Positions 30,701 through 39,039 of a stretch of DNA of 64,000 bases are shown here, piece by piece. The position numbers and the translations under genes are program-made. This DNA is from a virus. Taxonomy: Duplodnaviria; Heunggongvirae; Uroviricota; Caudoviricetes. The stretch lies in the IMG/VR virus record IMGVR_UViG_3300013383_000021, positions 27,767 to 91,766 of that record, one strand, 5' to 3'. The notes beneath the pieces are model-generated. The model saw only the letters and a program-made list of their open reading frames with translations. It had not been told where the DNA came from and did not search any database. The number at the start of each line of letters is the position of its first letter. Positions within the stretch are counted from its first letter, which is position 1.

Positions 30701-31652
30701 CAACGGCGTGAAGATCTTGTCTAACGGCACATTTAATTTTGGCGGTGGCAAGCTTGTCTTTAACGGTACGGACCTGAATATGAGCGGAAATATTGTGGGC
30801 GATGACATTTATATATCTTCCCAAAGACATAATAGTAGCGGAGTGCTAACGAGCTGGAGTCGTATTTTTACCCAGGATATTGATGATGGGTCTGACCGGA
30901 ATGGCAAGTATGGCCTTACATTCACGTCTGAAGCGTATTCTAATGGCACTACTGTCGCGTATTCGTCTATGATACGGGTATTCCCTTACTGGATTACAAT
31001 TAGTTCTGGAGAGACTTTAGACATTGATGCTACTAAGTCTATTGTTATTGGAGATAACTCATCATCTGTTAGAATTGGAAATTACAATAGCACTATCCAA
31101 ATTGGAGAAATGTTTCAGGATCCTGAAAAGATTTATTATTCAAAAATTAAAATGAACGGGCCGACAACGATCGACACTGAAAATGCGTACCTCACTATAA
31201 CTGATAATTCAATTGTCTTAGACGTAGATACCAGTAGCAACCAGTCAAATGAAATTTCTATTGGCAGTGAAGGGGCTATTGTGAACTTGTGCGGTAGCTG
31301 GATAAATGACACATCGTATTCATCCAAGTCTTACAGCGTGTCTGGTGCTGGCAGTCCAGCCACCGCTGGAACGATTACAGTTACGAAGAAGCTGGGCGTT
31401 TGCTACATTAACGGGAGTGTTACGCTGGAGGGGGCCGTTAGTGGCTGGGTTACGCTGTTAGATAGTAGCATTGTGCCGGGGTCGCAAACTATGGAAACGA
31501 TTATCATGACTCTGCCGTCTTGGAAGGAGCCTGCCACAAATCCAGCTAGATTGCGTATTCCAGCTGCTGGCGGTTTGCAGATCACAAGAGGGTCAGCTAA
31601 CGCATTCTGGATTAACTTAGCTTATCCTATCACGGACGTGCCTGGTGGCTAA
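27744..31652 (+). CDS. tail-associated/baseplate protein (Tal) with C-terminal beta-helix-like fibre region
   Basis: 1302 aa. Follows Dit. C-terminal repetitive G/T/N/S-rich segments (GTNTVTIDPKGD..., NGTFNFGGGKLVFNGTDLN). Confidence 0.6.
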   Translation: MAIRIQFDGTGSPECPTLVLAKRGGEKLGVLNTVDNISVSDRLSDACELSFDVHKEFDGKVCPIWNKIVDFKLVWCKEWDKWFSISVNTQESSRVMKSVTATSLGEAELSQILLHDIEINTEDDINRDDYDEDFPTILYRPDKPEASLLHRLMEKAPHYSVGHMDSTIAKLQRTFSFDGDSIKDAFDAIAEEIGCLFVYPSRSTDKGTPSRTVEVYDLERTCLDCGYRGEFDGNCPECKSSNINEGYGQDTTIFVSTENLTDEVSYETDTDSVKNCFRLTAGDDLMTATVRLCNPSGGGYIWCITDDTKEDMSDELVAKLNSYDELCQHYNEEAGSSIDATILASYNELVDKYKSMNEDLEKITSPIAGYSNLVKAYFSAIEFGSYLQTSMMPTYEHQETNAASQAALLTADNLSPIAVSKLTSGTSKATVESALKAMVKVFIDTSRFKFTINTISWVNTEGKTPTWTGNFTVTSYTEEDDEATSATISIVVTDNYADYAKQLVEKKIAISDTEDVSITGLFKLELEQFTNNLKKYSMDCLNEFEDCCQDVLNILTESGGGETTSIMYDQYYLPYYNKLLAIQAEKDVRSSELRIILGDEETETDSGEPVLGVKQYIERAQEEIRSALDLETYLGHDLWVEFSSYRREDEYSNDNFISDGLTDSELVDQALQFIDKAKKEIYKSANLQHTITATLKNLLIIPAFAPIVDYFSVGNWIRVRVDDAVYRLRLVSYDIDYSDMDNLSVEFSDVTKTLSGTADVADILSRASSMASTFDYVTKQAVKGSDASGVLSNWTENGLAATHTKIIDSADNQNMVVDQHGTLYRKFDPMTEKYEDIQMKIINSTIAITDDNWKSTRAALGRFFYVNPKTGEYTEGYGINGEVLCGKLLLGESLGIYNSDNSMRFDADGLTVTNGTNTVTIDPKGDSVLSIVSENGTVISFNKDGTANFTGNVNATSLSTGGKDSITSTKNGTYIAADGSIYVGGDNGVKILSNGTFNFGGGKLVFNGTDLNMSGNIVGDDIYISSQRHNSSGVLTSWSRIFTQDIDDGSDRNGKYGLTFTSEAYSNGTTVAYSSMIRVFPYWITISSGETLDIDATKSIVIGDNSSSVRIGNYNSTIQIGEMFQDPEKIYYSKIKMNGPTTIDTENAYLTITDNSIVLDVDTSSNQSNEISIGSEGAIVNLCGSWINDTSYSSKSYSVSGAGSPATAGTITVTKKLGVCYINGSVTLEGAVSGWVTLLDSSIVPGSQTMETIIMTLPSWKEPATNPARLRIPAAGGLQITRGSANAFWINLAYPITDVPGG

Positions 31653-31680
31653 CTTGTTTTTATAAAGAGAGGTGAACAGT

Positions 31681-31992
31681 TTGATCGAATACATACCTCA
31701 AGTGATCGTTCCTGTGCTTGTTTCCTTTTTAACCGGCGCGTGGGCAATCTTGTACAAAAAGCAGCAAACACTATTTCAACGTTATCATGCGGTTAACGAC
31801 GGGATGAAATGTTTGCTGCGAGCAGAAATCATTAGAGATCATTCGCATTACGTGAGTATGGGGTATATCCCGATGTACGCAATGCAGAATGTGCTGGAAA
31901 GTTATTGTGCGTACCACTCGCTTGGCGGGAACGGCACGATCACAAAAATGGTAGAGGAGCTTAAACAGCTCCCCACCAAGAACGAAGAGTAA
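31681..31992 (+). CDS. small membrane protein, holin-like (BhlA/UviB-like topology), TTG start
   Basis: Single N-terminal TMD VIVPVLVSFLTGAWAILY followed by a charged region. RBS gagaggtg. Confidence 0.4.
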   Translation: MIEYIPQVIVPVLVSFLTGAWAILYKKQQTLFQRYHAVNDGMKCLLRAEIIRDHSHYVSMGYIPMYAMQNVLESYCAYHSLGGNGTITKMVEELKQLPTKNEE

Positions 31993-32018
31993 CTGTACTA
32001 ACGGAAGGAGTAATAGTT

Positions 32019-32228
32019 ATGAAGCAAAGAGAATGGCTCCATAGAGCACTACGCACCGCACTGCAGGCTGCTGCTGGCGCTATCGCAGCAAACCTGGTAG
32101 CATGGGTTAACGGCGTCACTGACGTGGCAAGCGCAAAGACTGTGGCGATTAGTGCTGGTGCGGTTGTCGTCAGTGCTGTATTGGCAGCCCTTATGAATAT
32201 GGATAAGAACGAAGACCTGGAGGAATAA
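32019..32228 (+). CDS. holin-like protein with two TMDs
   Basis: LQAAAGAIAANLVAWV and VAISAGAVVVSAVLAALM, then a charged C-terminus NMDKNEDLEE. RBS ggaaggag. Confidence 0.5.
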   Translation: MKQREWLHRALRTALQAAAGAIAANLVAWVNGVTDVASAKTVAISAGAVVVSAVLAALMNMDKNEDLEE

Positions 32229-32275
32229 CCTTTAGGTCTTCTAGCGTTAGCTATGGCGAAAGGATGTGATTTAAT

Positions 32276-32467
32276 ATGGTGTCCTTGATTAAATATGGCG
32301 GACAGCAAAACAAAAACGATATGAGTTTTGTTGGCAAGTCTACTGACGAAAAGCCGATTAAAGTTTTTAACGGTATGCTTATCCCAAACGGAAGTACGTT
32401 TTATGAGATGGACTCAAAGATAGGATATATGTATGACGAGGAAGCTCATGAATGGCTAGAAGTATAA
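32276..32467 (+). CDS. small hypothetical protein
   Basis: 63 aa. RBS aaagga. Confidence 0.4.
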   Translation: MVSLIKYGGQQNKNDMSFVGKSTDEKPIKVFNGMLIPNGSTFYEMDSKIGYMYDEEAHEWLEV

Positions 32468-32478
32468 GGCGTGATTGA

Positions 32479-32730
32479 ATGGATTTTAATGTTGATTCGA
32501 TTATTAAGTGTAAAATGCTTGGACACGATCCGATTGGCTCTAGTGGCACAACCTACCCAAGCTATGTTGGCACGTACTCAGTTGAACCGGATGTAGAAGC
32601 TCAGATTCTGCTTACAAAAAAGCGCATCATGGAAGATAACTTAACTGTCCAGGCAATACCTCTTCATGAGGTATCAAATCAAGACGGTGGCACCACCGTC
32701 GTTATAGGAGGGAAAAAGTATGGCGTATAA
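32479..32730 (+). CDS. small fibre-associated protein ending in the GGTTVVIGG motif
   Basis: 83 aa. Its C-terminal motif is shared with the next gene. Confidence 0.4.
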   Translation: MDFNVDSIIKCKMLGHDPIGSSGTTYPSYVGTYSVEPDVEAQILLTKKRIMEDNLTVQAIPLHEVSNQDGGTTVVIGGKKYGV

Positions 32731-33295
32731 CAAAATAGTGTACGGTAGCAATGTGTTAATTGACTTAACCGCCGATACTATCAGCGCTGACAAACTACTG
32801 AAGGGGCTTACCGCCCACGACAAGAGCGGCGAAACTATCACTGGTACATGTGAATACGATGTTGACTCTACCGACGCTACCGTTGCGGTAGCCGAAATGC
32901 TTGAGGGGAAAACTGGCTACGCCAGAGGAGCGAAGCTGGTTGGTACTATGCCGAACCAAGGCTCTATCGCCGGTACAATTTCTAACAAGGATGACGCTTA
33001 CACTATTCCTATGGGCTTCCATGATGGCAGCGGTAATGTTGTTATTGCAGCGGACGAAAAGGAGAAACTGATTCCTGGCAACATCAAGCAAGGCATTACG
33101 CTCCTTGGTGTTGAGGGTGAGTACTCTGGTGCTGAAATTACAGCGCAGAGCAAGACTGCGACTCCGTCTGCGGTCGAGCAGACAATTCAACCCGACGAGG
33201 GGTATGATTACCTGTCCAGCGTGACCGTCGCAGCAATCCCTTACAACGAAGCTGAAAACGCAGCAGGCGGCACCACTGTCACTATCGGAGGCTGA
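32720..33295 (+). CDS. fibre-like protein, paralog A
   Basis: N-terminus MAYNKIVYGSNVLIDLTADTISADKLLKGLTAHDKSGETITGT is paralogous to 33300. Ends with GGTTVTIGG. Confidence 0.5.
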   Translation: MAYNKIVYGSNVLIDLTADTISADKLLKGLTAHDKSGETITGTCEYDVDSTDATVAVAEMLEGKTGYARGAKLVGTMPNQGSIAGTISNKDDAYTIPMGFHDGSGNVVIAADEKEKLIPGNIKQGITLLGVEGEYSGAEITAQSKTATPSAVEQTIQPDEGYDYLSSVTVAAIPYNEAENAAGGTTVTIGG

Positions 33296-33299
33296 GAAA

Positions 33300-33581
33300 A
33301 TGGGCGTCAGCAAAGTAGTCTACAATGGACAGGTACTGGTCGATCTTACAGGCGACACTGTAACGGCGGACTCGCTGGCGCAAGGAGTTACCGCTCATGA
33401 TGCAGCTGGTAACGAAATCACTGGTACTGTCCAACCTACTAAGATCGCCACCAACAGCACTCTCGGAATTGTAAAAGGTGGCGGTAATGTTTATATTCGT
33501 GATGACGGAACAATGTATATTTCCGAAGAAATCGGAATAGAGGCGCTTTCAGCCGAAGAGCTGGATGCGCTTTTAGTATAA
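33300..33581 (+). CDS. fibre-like protein, paralog B
   Basis: N-terminus MGVSKVVYNGQVLVDLTGDTVTADSLAQGVTAHDAAGNEITGT. C-terminus EELDALLV resembles the end of the next gene (EELDAICV). Confidence 0.5.
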   Translation: MGVSKVVYNGQVLVDLTGDTVTADSLAQGVTAHDAAGNEITGTVQPTKIATNSTLGIVKGGGNVYIRDDGTMYISEEIGIEALSAEELDALLV

Positions 33582-33610
33582 TATCATAACATATTAAGGA
33601 GAAAGCTATT

Positions 33611-34534
33611 ATGGATATCAATGAACTGAAGAATAAGTATATGAACGGTGCTCGCGTCCAACAGCTGTGGAATAAGATCAAGGATAAATTTGCGACTAAG
33701 GATGTGGCTACCACTTCCGCAGATGGCCTGATGTCTAGCGCCGACAAGACGAAGCTTGATGGCGTGGCAGAAAATGCTAATAAGTATGTCCACCCTGTAT
33801 ACACCGCTAAGGAATCTGGTTTGTACAAGGTCACTGTTGACGGCGAAGGACACGTTTCTGCCGCAGCAGCTGTAGAGAAGAGCGATATCACCGATCTTGG
33901 TATTCCCGCCCAAGATACTGTGTATACCCACCCTGCACATGTTGCTCATGACGCTGGCATGTACAAGATTACCGTTGACGACAAGGGTCATGTGTCTGCA
34001 GCAACCGCAATTGCCAAGGACGACATTACCGGTCTCGGCATTCCTGCACAAGATACGGTTTATAATCACCCTGTACATGACGCTCATACCTCTGGTCTGT
34101 ACAAAATCACTGTCGATGGTGAAGGCCATGTGTCTGGTGCCGAGAAGGTAACGAAAACTGACATCGAAGCTCTGGGTATCAATGGCGACGATCCTATCAA
34201 CTATCCTCCCGCATCTAGCACCACTGATGGTCTGATGGCGAAGGAGGATAAATCTAAGTTGGACGCTCTCCCCACCAATGCTTCTCTGGAGAGCACCTAT
34301 GCTAAGAAGTCTGATATCACTAATGTCTATAAGTTCCAAGGCAGCGTCGCTACCGAAGCTAATCTGCCTTCTGAAGGTCTGACAGCTGGTGACGTTTATA
34401 GCATTGAGGCCGAGTCTAGCTATGGCGCTCCTGGTATGAATGTCGGCTGGACTGGCGAGAAGTGGGATAACCTGGGCGGCCTGTTCTCTATTGATGCTAT
34501 CACTGAAGAAGAGCTGGATGCCATTTGTGTTTAA
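33611..34534 (+). CDS. tail fibre protein with three tandem His-rich ~40-aa repeats
   Basis: The unit HPxH-AHDxGxYKxTVDxxGHVS(A/G) is repeated three times. The DGLM..DK.KLD motif occurs twice. Confidence 0.55.
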   Translation: MDINELKNKYMNGARVQQLWNKIKDKFATKDVATTSADGLMSSADKTKLDGVAENANKYVHPVYTAKESGLYKVTVDGEGHVSAAAAVEKSDITDLGIPAQDTVYTHPAHVAHDAGMYKITVDDKGHVSAATAIAKDDITGLGIPAQDTVYNHPVHDAHTSGLYKITVDGEGHVSGAEKVTKTDIEALGINGDDPINYPPASSTTDGLMAKEDKSKLDALPTNASLESTYAKKSDITNVYKFQGSVATEANLPSEGLTAGDVYSIEAESSYGAPGMNVGWTGEKWDNLGGLFSIDAITEEELDAICV

Positions 34535-34545
34535 GGAGGTTTTTA

Positions 34546-35640
34546 ATGTCTTTTTTAAATAATATTATCCTTGCAAAACTTTGGGATAAAATTAAAACGC
34601 TTGTAAAAAATCATGTGCCTGATAAGGTTGAGTCTACAAAGGTTGGGGGTGGTGCGACTAGCACCACCTTCATCGCGGACGGTGTGACAACTATTTCTCG
34701 TAGTGACGACACTAATAGTTCTACTACGAGAACGGTGATTGATGGTGGCACTATAAAGATTAGCGGCGACCCCGTTAACACCAGCCAAGACAATGCTACC
34801 ACACTCAACATTAGCTCAACCGGCTTACAATGCGTCGATGAATTTACAATCTATACTTACGACGTCGTTAATTATGATCAGCCTCTGTTGAGATATTATG
34901 GACCTGACACCGGGAAGGGTGATAACAGCAAACTAATGCTTGGCAATAGTTATGTGAAAGTGTACGGCAACGACAACTTACTTTCTACTGACTCAAGTTC
35001 TTGTTTCGCAACAACTAAGTGGGTTGGTGATAAACTTTCTAGCGAACTTGGTAGCTACGCGAAGACGTCAGACCTAAACGGTTACGCAAAAACTTCTGCT
35101 TTGAGCGACTACGTTAAGACGACCGCTTTGTCTAGTTATGCAAAGAAGGATGACATCCCTACTTCTCTTCCCGCAAATGGAGGTAGCGCAAATTACGCTA
35201 CTTCTGCGGGGAGCGCAAATACCGCTACCTCTGCAACTTCCGCGACAACTGCAACCCAGATTATTAGCAGAACTACTGACGGTATGGGGACGCGTACGAC
35301 TTTCTACCCATATTATATTGCCGGAGACAGATTAACCGGCAAGTGGAAAGGGGGCGGTTATGTCACAACCGCTAAGAAAGAGGTCGTGTTTACAGTGCCG
35401 CTTGCAAGGCCGATTGTCGGCAGCCCGACCATTTCTGTGACCGCTTCATTGATTATTAGACAGGGGAGTAAGTATACTCATGGGTCGTCTTCATCTACAA
35501 AAGTTACGCCTTCCTCTTATGAAATTGAGCGTGGCATTGGCGATTCAATCTGCATTACTTGTGTTATGTCTGACCTGACTAACGCTGTCAACAACGATGC
35601 GTGCGCGGTGGCGGCGGACTTGACCATTACATTTAGCTAA
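34546..35640 (+). CDS. tail fibre protein
   Basis: RBS aaggagg. N-terminus is similar to 33611 (LWDKIK). YAKTS-type repeats. Ser/Thr/Ala-rich stretch. Confidence 0.5.
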   Translation: MSFLNNIILAKLWDKIKTLVKNHVPDKVESTKVGGGATSTTFIADGVTTISRSDDTNSSTTRTVIDGGTIKISGDPVNTSQDNATTLNISSTGLQCVDEFTIYTYDVVNYDQPLLRYYGPDTGKGDNSKLMLGNSYVKVYGNDNLLSTDSSSCFATTKWVGDKLSSELGSYAKTSDLNGYAKTSALSDYVKTTALSSYAKKDDIPTSLPANGGSANYATSAGSANTATSATSATTATQIISRTTDGMGTRTTFYPYYIAGDRLTGKWKGGGYVTTAKKEVVFTVPLARPIVGSPTISVTASLIIRQGSKYTHGSSSSTKVTPSSYEIERGIGDSICITCVMSDLTNAVNNDACAVAADLTITFS

Positions 35641-35705
35641 CGAAGGTCGGCTCTTGATTAGATGATAACTGACGAGTGCTGCCTTGGTATAAAAGGAGTG
35701 ATATA

Positions 35706-37019
35706 ATGCCGCTGAAAGGTATTGATGTATCTGTACATCAGGGAGTAATCGACTGGAAAAAGGTTGCGAAGGATGGCGTAAAATTCGCCATCCTTCGTGC
35801 TGGTTACGGGCGAGAGATCTCTCAGAAAGATAAATATTTTGAAACAAATTACACCGGGGCTAAGGCCGCTGGCATTAAGGTCGGAGCCTATTGGTACAGC
35901 TATGCTAACAGCGTGGCTCGTGGTGAGCAGGAGGCTAAGACCTTCCTGAAAGCAATCGAGGGGAAGAAGTTTGACCTCCCTCTCTTCTTCGATCAAGAAT
36001 ATGAAACGGCCATTTTGAAACTGTCTAACGCTACCAGAACAGACATCGTTTTGAAGTTTGTTCAGACGGTAAAGGCCGCTGGTTATGAGTGCGGGCTGTA
36101 TAGTTCTACCGACTTCTTGAAGAACAAGCTGGTTACTTCTAGAGTGTCTGGTCTAAAAATTTGGCTGGCCGAGTATGGCTCTAAGCTGCATTACACCGGT
36201 AAGGTTTGGGCTTGGCAGTACAGTAGCAAAGGCCGTGTGTCTGGTATCAGCGGCAATGTTGATATGAACCACGGGTACTTTAAGATTGATACGCCTGCAA
36301 AGACTCCGGCTAAAAATAGCGACAACCTACTGATGAAAGATGATACCGGCGACAAGGTCAAACTATTGCAGCATCGGCTAAATATTCTTGGCAACCAGCT
36401 AGTTGAGGACGGCATCTGGGGTATCAAGACCGAACAGGCCGTTCGTAATTTTCAGTATAATTACGGACTGGTCGTAGACGGTATTGTTGGCCCAAAGACA
36501 CAGGAGAAACTTATTTCGGAGGCGATAGTTGCGTCTGCAAAGACAATCAGCAACTATATGTTGAAGAATAAATGGCATTACAAGGGCAATGGTTACACGG
36601 CGAAGACTACGTTCGCCGCGACTAAGAAGCTGTCTAAGCCTGGTTCAAGCTGCGCACACTTTGTCTCCTGGGTGCTGCAGGATGTCGGTCTGCTGCAGGC
36701 TGGAAAGGTTCTCAGCCATACCAAGGCTGGCTATGGCGTCGGCGAAAAATCTATCGTCAACGCGGACAAGCTGATTGACTGTAAGGTCATATACCCGAAC
36801 AAGAGCATCGACTCTTATAAGGGTGAGCTGAAGCCCGGCGACGTAATTGTTCACGACTCCAGTATCGCTATTTACCTGCTAAAGGATAAGAAGCCCGCCG
36901 TGCTGACGGGTCGAAACGGATCATGTATCAATAGCAAAGGTCAGTATGTAAAGATGCTCGTTATGTCTGGTTATGAGTGGCGACACAATATCCTGGCTAT
37001 CGTAAGAGCAAAAGTATAA
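35706..37019 (+). CDS. modular endolysin (N-terminal GH25 muramidase, peptidoglycan-binding repeat, C-terminal Cys/His domain)
   Basis: GIDVSVHQGVIDWKKVAKDGVKFAILRAGYG (GH25). PGBD-like DGIWGIKTEQAVRNFQ and DGIVGPKTQEKL. C-terminal ...SSCAHFVSW...VIVHD. Confidence 0.85.
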   Translation: MPLKGIDVSVHQGVIDWKKVAKDGVKFAILRAGYGREISQKDKYFETNYTGAKAAGIKVGAYWYSYANSVARGEQEAKTFLKAIEGKKFDLPLFFDQEYETAILKLSNATRTDIVLKFVQTVKAAGYECGLYSSTDFLKNKLVTSRVSGLKIWLAEYGSKLHYTGKVWAWQYSSKGRVSGISGNVDMNHGYFKIDTPAKTPAKNSDNLLMKDDTGDKVKLLQHRLNILGNQLVEDGIWGIKTEQAVRNFQYNYGLVVDGIVGPKTQEKLISEAIVASAKTISNYMLKNKWHYKGNGYTAKTTFAATKKLSKPGSSCAHFVSWVLQDVGLLQAGKVLSHTKAGYGVGEKSIVNADKLIDCKVIYPNKSIDSYKGELKPGDVIVHDSSIAIYLLKDKKPAVLTGRNGSCINSKGQYVKMLVMSGYEWRHNILAIVRAKV

Positions 37020-37034
37020 AATGTAAAGTAAGTA

Positions 37035-37063
37035 TTGATAAACACACGGTCGTATGTTATATA
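37035..37063 (+). promoter_or_regulatory. near-consensus sigma-A promoter (TTGATA-17-TATATA)
   Basis: -35 TTGATA at 37035-37040, a 17-nt spacer, then -10 TATATA at 37058-37063. Confidence 0.45.
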
Positions 37064-37069
37064 TATAAG

Positions 37070-37219
37070 TGCAAGGCTCGCTCCTTGTGCAAGGTCTAAC
37101 TCCTTGCGTGCAGGTATGCTTTAGCGTACGACTGCTGGATTAAAAGAAAATAGCAAGCGTGTATTTTGACAAAGATGCACCAAGCGGAAAAAGAGGACCT
37201 CCGGAGGTCCTCTTTTTTT
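37070..37219 (+). ncRNA. candidate small RNA (promoter to bidirectional terminator, no ORF)
   Basis: An approx. 150-nt transcribed interval. It contains two similar hairpins (caagg-N6-ccttg and gcaagg-N7-ccttgc) and ends at the terminator at 37187. Confidence 0.3.
37186..37219. terminator. bidirectional rho-independent terminator
   Basis: aaaaagaggacctcc-gg-aggtcctcttttttt, with A- and T-runs on both sides. Separates the + structural/lysis block from the - block. Confidence 0.85.
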
Positions 37220-37472
37220 ACCCATTTTCTCTTTGCTTGGCGCGGCACATTCTAATGCGTAAGGCGTTTGTGGTAGGGAATTTAGCGTTATAAACACCTT
37301 TTACATACGGGGCGTTTCGATGCACGGCGCTTTCTGTTACTCTTTGCATCTCTGCTATTCTCTCAATAGGGACTCCTGCACGGGCAAGCGCTGCTTCAGG
37401 AGTGTTAAGCGCACCCACCGTCACTAAGAGTTTCTTTGCTTTATATGTTGAACATTTAAGTCCATCGGCCAC
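37218..37472 (-). CDS. hypothetical protein
   Basis: 84-aa ORF. Last gene of the - strand cluster before the bidirectional terminator. Confidence 0.4.
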   Translation of the reverse strand: MADGLKCSTYKAKKLLVTVGALNTPEAALARAGVPIERIAEMQRVTESAVHRNAPYVKGVYNAKFPTTNALRIRMCRAKQRENG

Positions 37473-37561
37473 ACTACGGATCGACCCACACTCTTTGTAG
37501 ACTTAAGCAGCTATCATCGCCTCGATTGGCATGTCGTTATTGTGGTAGCGTTGCGCCATAG

Positions 37562-38095
37562 CTACTCATACCTCCAAACCATTCTTGATTTCCTGCCGGA
37601 GTTTTTGAAATACACTCTGTTTACTTCTTTTGCTACCCTGTCTACCCATGCGGGGGAGCCATCTGGCTCCTCAGAATATGGAGAGCCGCGATCCAAATAT
37701 TCTTCCATCGACCGTCTGAACCCGGCAAGCCATTTTTTATTTTGACGCAAGAAGTGAGGAATACAGTGCCAGGCGGCATTATGGGCTAAGTCCATTTTTG
37801 TAATAACAACTTCGATAGTCTTAGCCCTTTCATTATAACTTCCCGGAATGTACCTACACGTGTTCCATTCTTTTTTGTATTCCGAGTACGGCATACGCCT
37901 CACGTTAACCTCGTCGCTCCGCCCTTTCTTTCGTAGCTCTTTCTTGTACCAACATAGGTAACACGTTGTTTCTTCTTTTTGTATCTTTGTTTTCCACCAG
38001 TCTCTTTGTCCCGTGGATGAGCACACTTTTTCACGACGGACTAGGCAGCCGCACATGACACATTCTTTATCAACGCGAGCATTTACCATCTTCAA
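37562..38095 (-). CDS. hypothetical Cys-rich (putative zinc-binding) protein
   Basis: 177 aa. CVMCGC...C...CYLC pattern. Confidence 0.45.
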   Translation of the reverse strand: MKMVNARVDKECVMCGCLVRREKVCSSTGQRDWWKTKIQKEETTCYLCWYKKELRKKGRSDEVNVRRMPYSEYKKEWNTCRYIPGSYNERAKTIEVVITKMDLAHNAAWHCIPHFLRQNKKWLAGFRRSMEEYLDRGSPYSEEPDGSPAWVDRVAKEVNRVYFKNSGRKSRMVWRYE

Positions 38096-38522
38096 CCTGG
38101 CCCTTCACGTTCACAATTCTGGGAACTAATTCTTCCTTCCCTACCGGAATCGGAGGAAGCCATCTTAACTCCAGTCTTTTATCGCCGCGCTTTTCTGACC
38201 CTACCCAATAGTGGTGCCAATGGGCGCGACGAACGTAGGACTTTGCGCTGGCTCGTAGTTTTTGGCCAACGGATTTACCCACAAAAATAACTCCGTTGCT
38301 AGACTTACTGGTGTCTGTGTTAGCGGACAACAAATATAACACAAATTGAAGCATCTCTTGTATTACATTGAACTGCATATCTTCTTTTGTTATTGACTTC
38401 GGAAGATCTAAAGGCTCATATTTCTTAACGGTGGTGGTAGGCCCTCTTTCAGGAGTCAGTCTAAATGAGGCGGATAAATACCCAACACTGTTAGAAGCAC
38501 CTTTTGTTTTAATAAGTAACAA
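38070..38522 (-). CDS. hypothetical protein
   Basis: 150 aa. Overlaps the downstream gene by 26 nt (operon). Confidence 0.45.
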   Translation of the reverse strand: MLLIKTKGASNSVGYLSASFRLTPERGPTTTVKKYEPLDLPKSITKEDMQFNVIQEMLQFVLYLLSANTDTSKSSNGVIFVGKSVGQKLRASAKSYVRRAHWHHYWVGSEKRGDKRLELRWLPPIPVGKEELVPRIVNVKGQVEDGKCSR

Positions 38523-38682
38523 GCGTATACATACGTCTTCTTTTTTCAGATTTGTAGTCCGTCCAACAGAAGAACCCAGGGCTTTCTATGATAGGAACAG
38601 CAGCCTCAACGAAGAAACACCTGTGTGGAAGTTTAGATAACAGTTCTTCTGGCAGGGTAACTTTGTCCTTATACCTGTCTAC

Positions 38683-38994
38683 TTAAGCGATCAATTCGCT
38701 AGCAAGAGTGTAGTCAAAGCGGTACACAATGCGCTCTTTATCCCACGCCCAAGCCGCGGCAAGCTCAGAACATAGGCTCCTGGCGATCTTATCGCCACGT
38801 TGTTCTTTTAATACAGAGTAAGCTACATAAGTCGGAACTGTGCATTGGCTAGGCCATGTATTAGTCTTTGTTGCTTCTTCGGCAGCTCGTGACATGGCAC
38901 CCCATATGCCACGAGTCTCTGGGTTGTATCGCCAATAGCTGACCACTGTTGTGGGAAGTAATTTCGATACGGATTTACTTTTTCGTTTCTTCAT
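38683..38994 (-). CDS. hypothetical protein with basic N-terminus
   Basis: 103 aa (MKKRKSKS...). Preceded by a poly-A16 tract on its strand. Confidence 0.45.
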   Translation of the reverse strand: MKKRKSKSVSKLLPTTVVSYWRYNPETRGIWGAMSRAAEEATKTNTWPSQCTVPTYVAYSVLKEQRGDKIARSLCSELAAAWAWDKERIVYRFDYTLASELIA

Positions 38995-39015
38995 TCGTAA
39001 CGCCCCGTTAAATCC

Positions 39016-39031
39016 TTTTTTTTTTTTTTTT
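39016..39031. repeat. homopolymeric tract T16 (A16 on - strand)
   Basis: Sixteen consecutive T, approx. 20 nt upstream of the start of the 38994 gene. Confidence 0.9.
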
Positions 39032-39039
39032 CGCCCCTG

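Noticed and set aside
33584-34339. 251-aa - strand ORF antisense to the tail fibre gene
   Set aside because: It is antisense to the repeat-containing fibre gene. Repeats generate long spurious frames.
33611-35640. Diversity-generating retroelement targeting the repeated fibre genes
   Set aside because: No reverse transcriptase gene and no template-repeat/variable-repeat pair with adenine-specific differences is detectable in the window.
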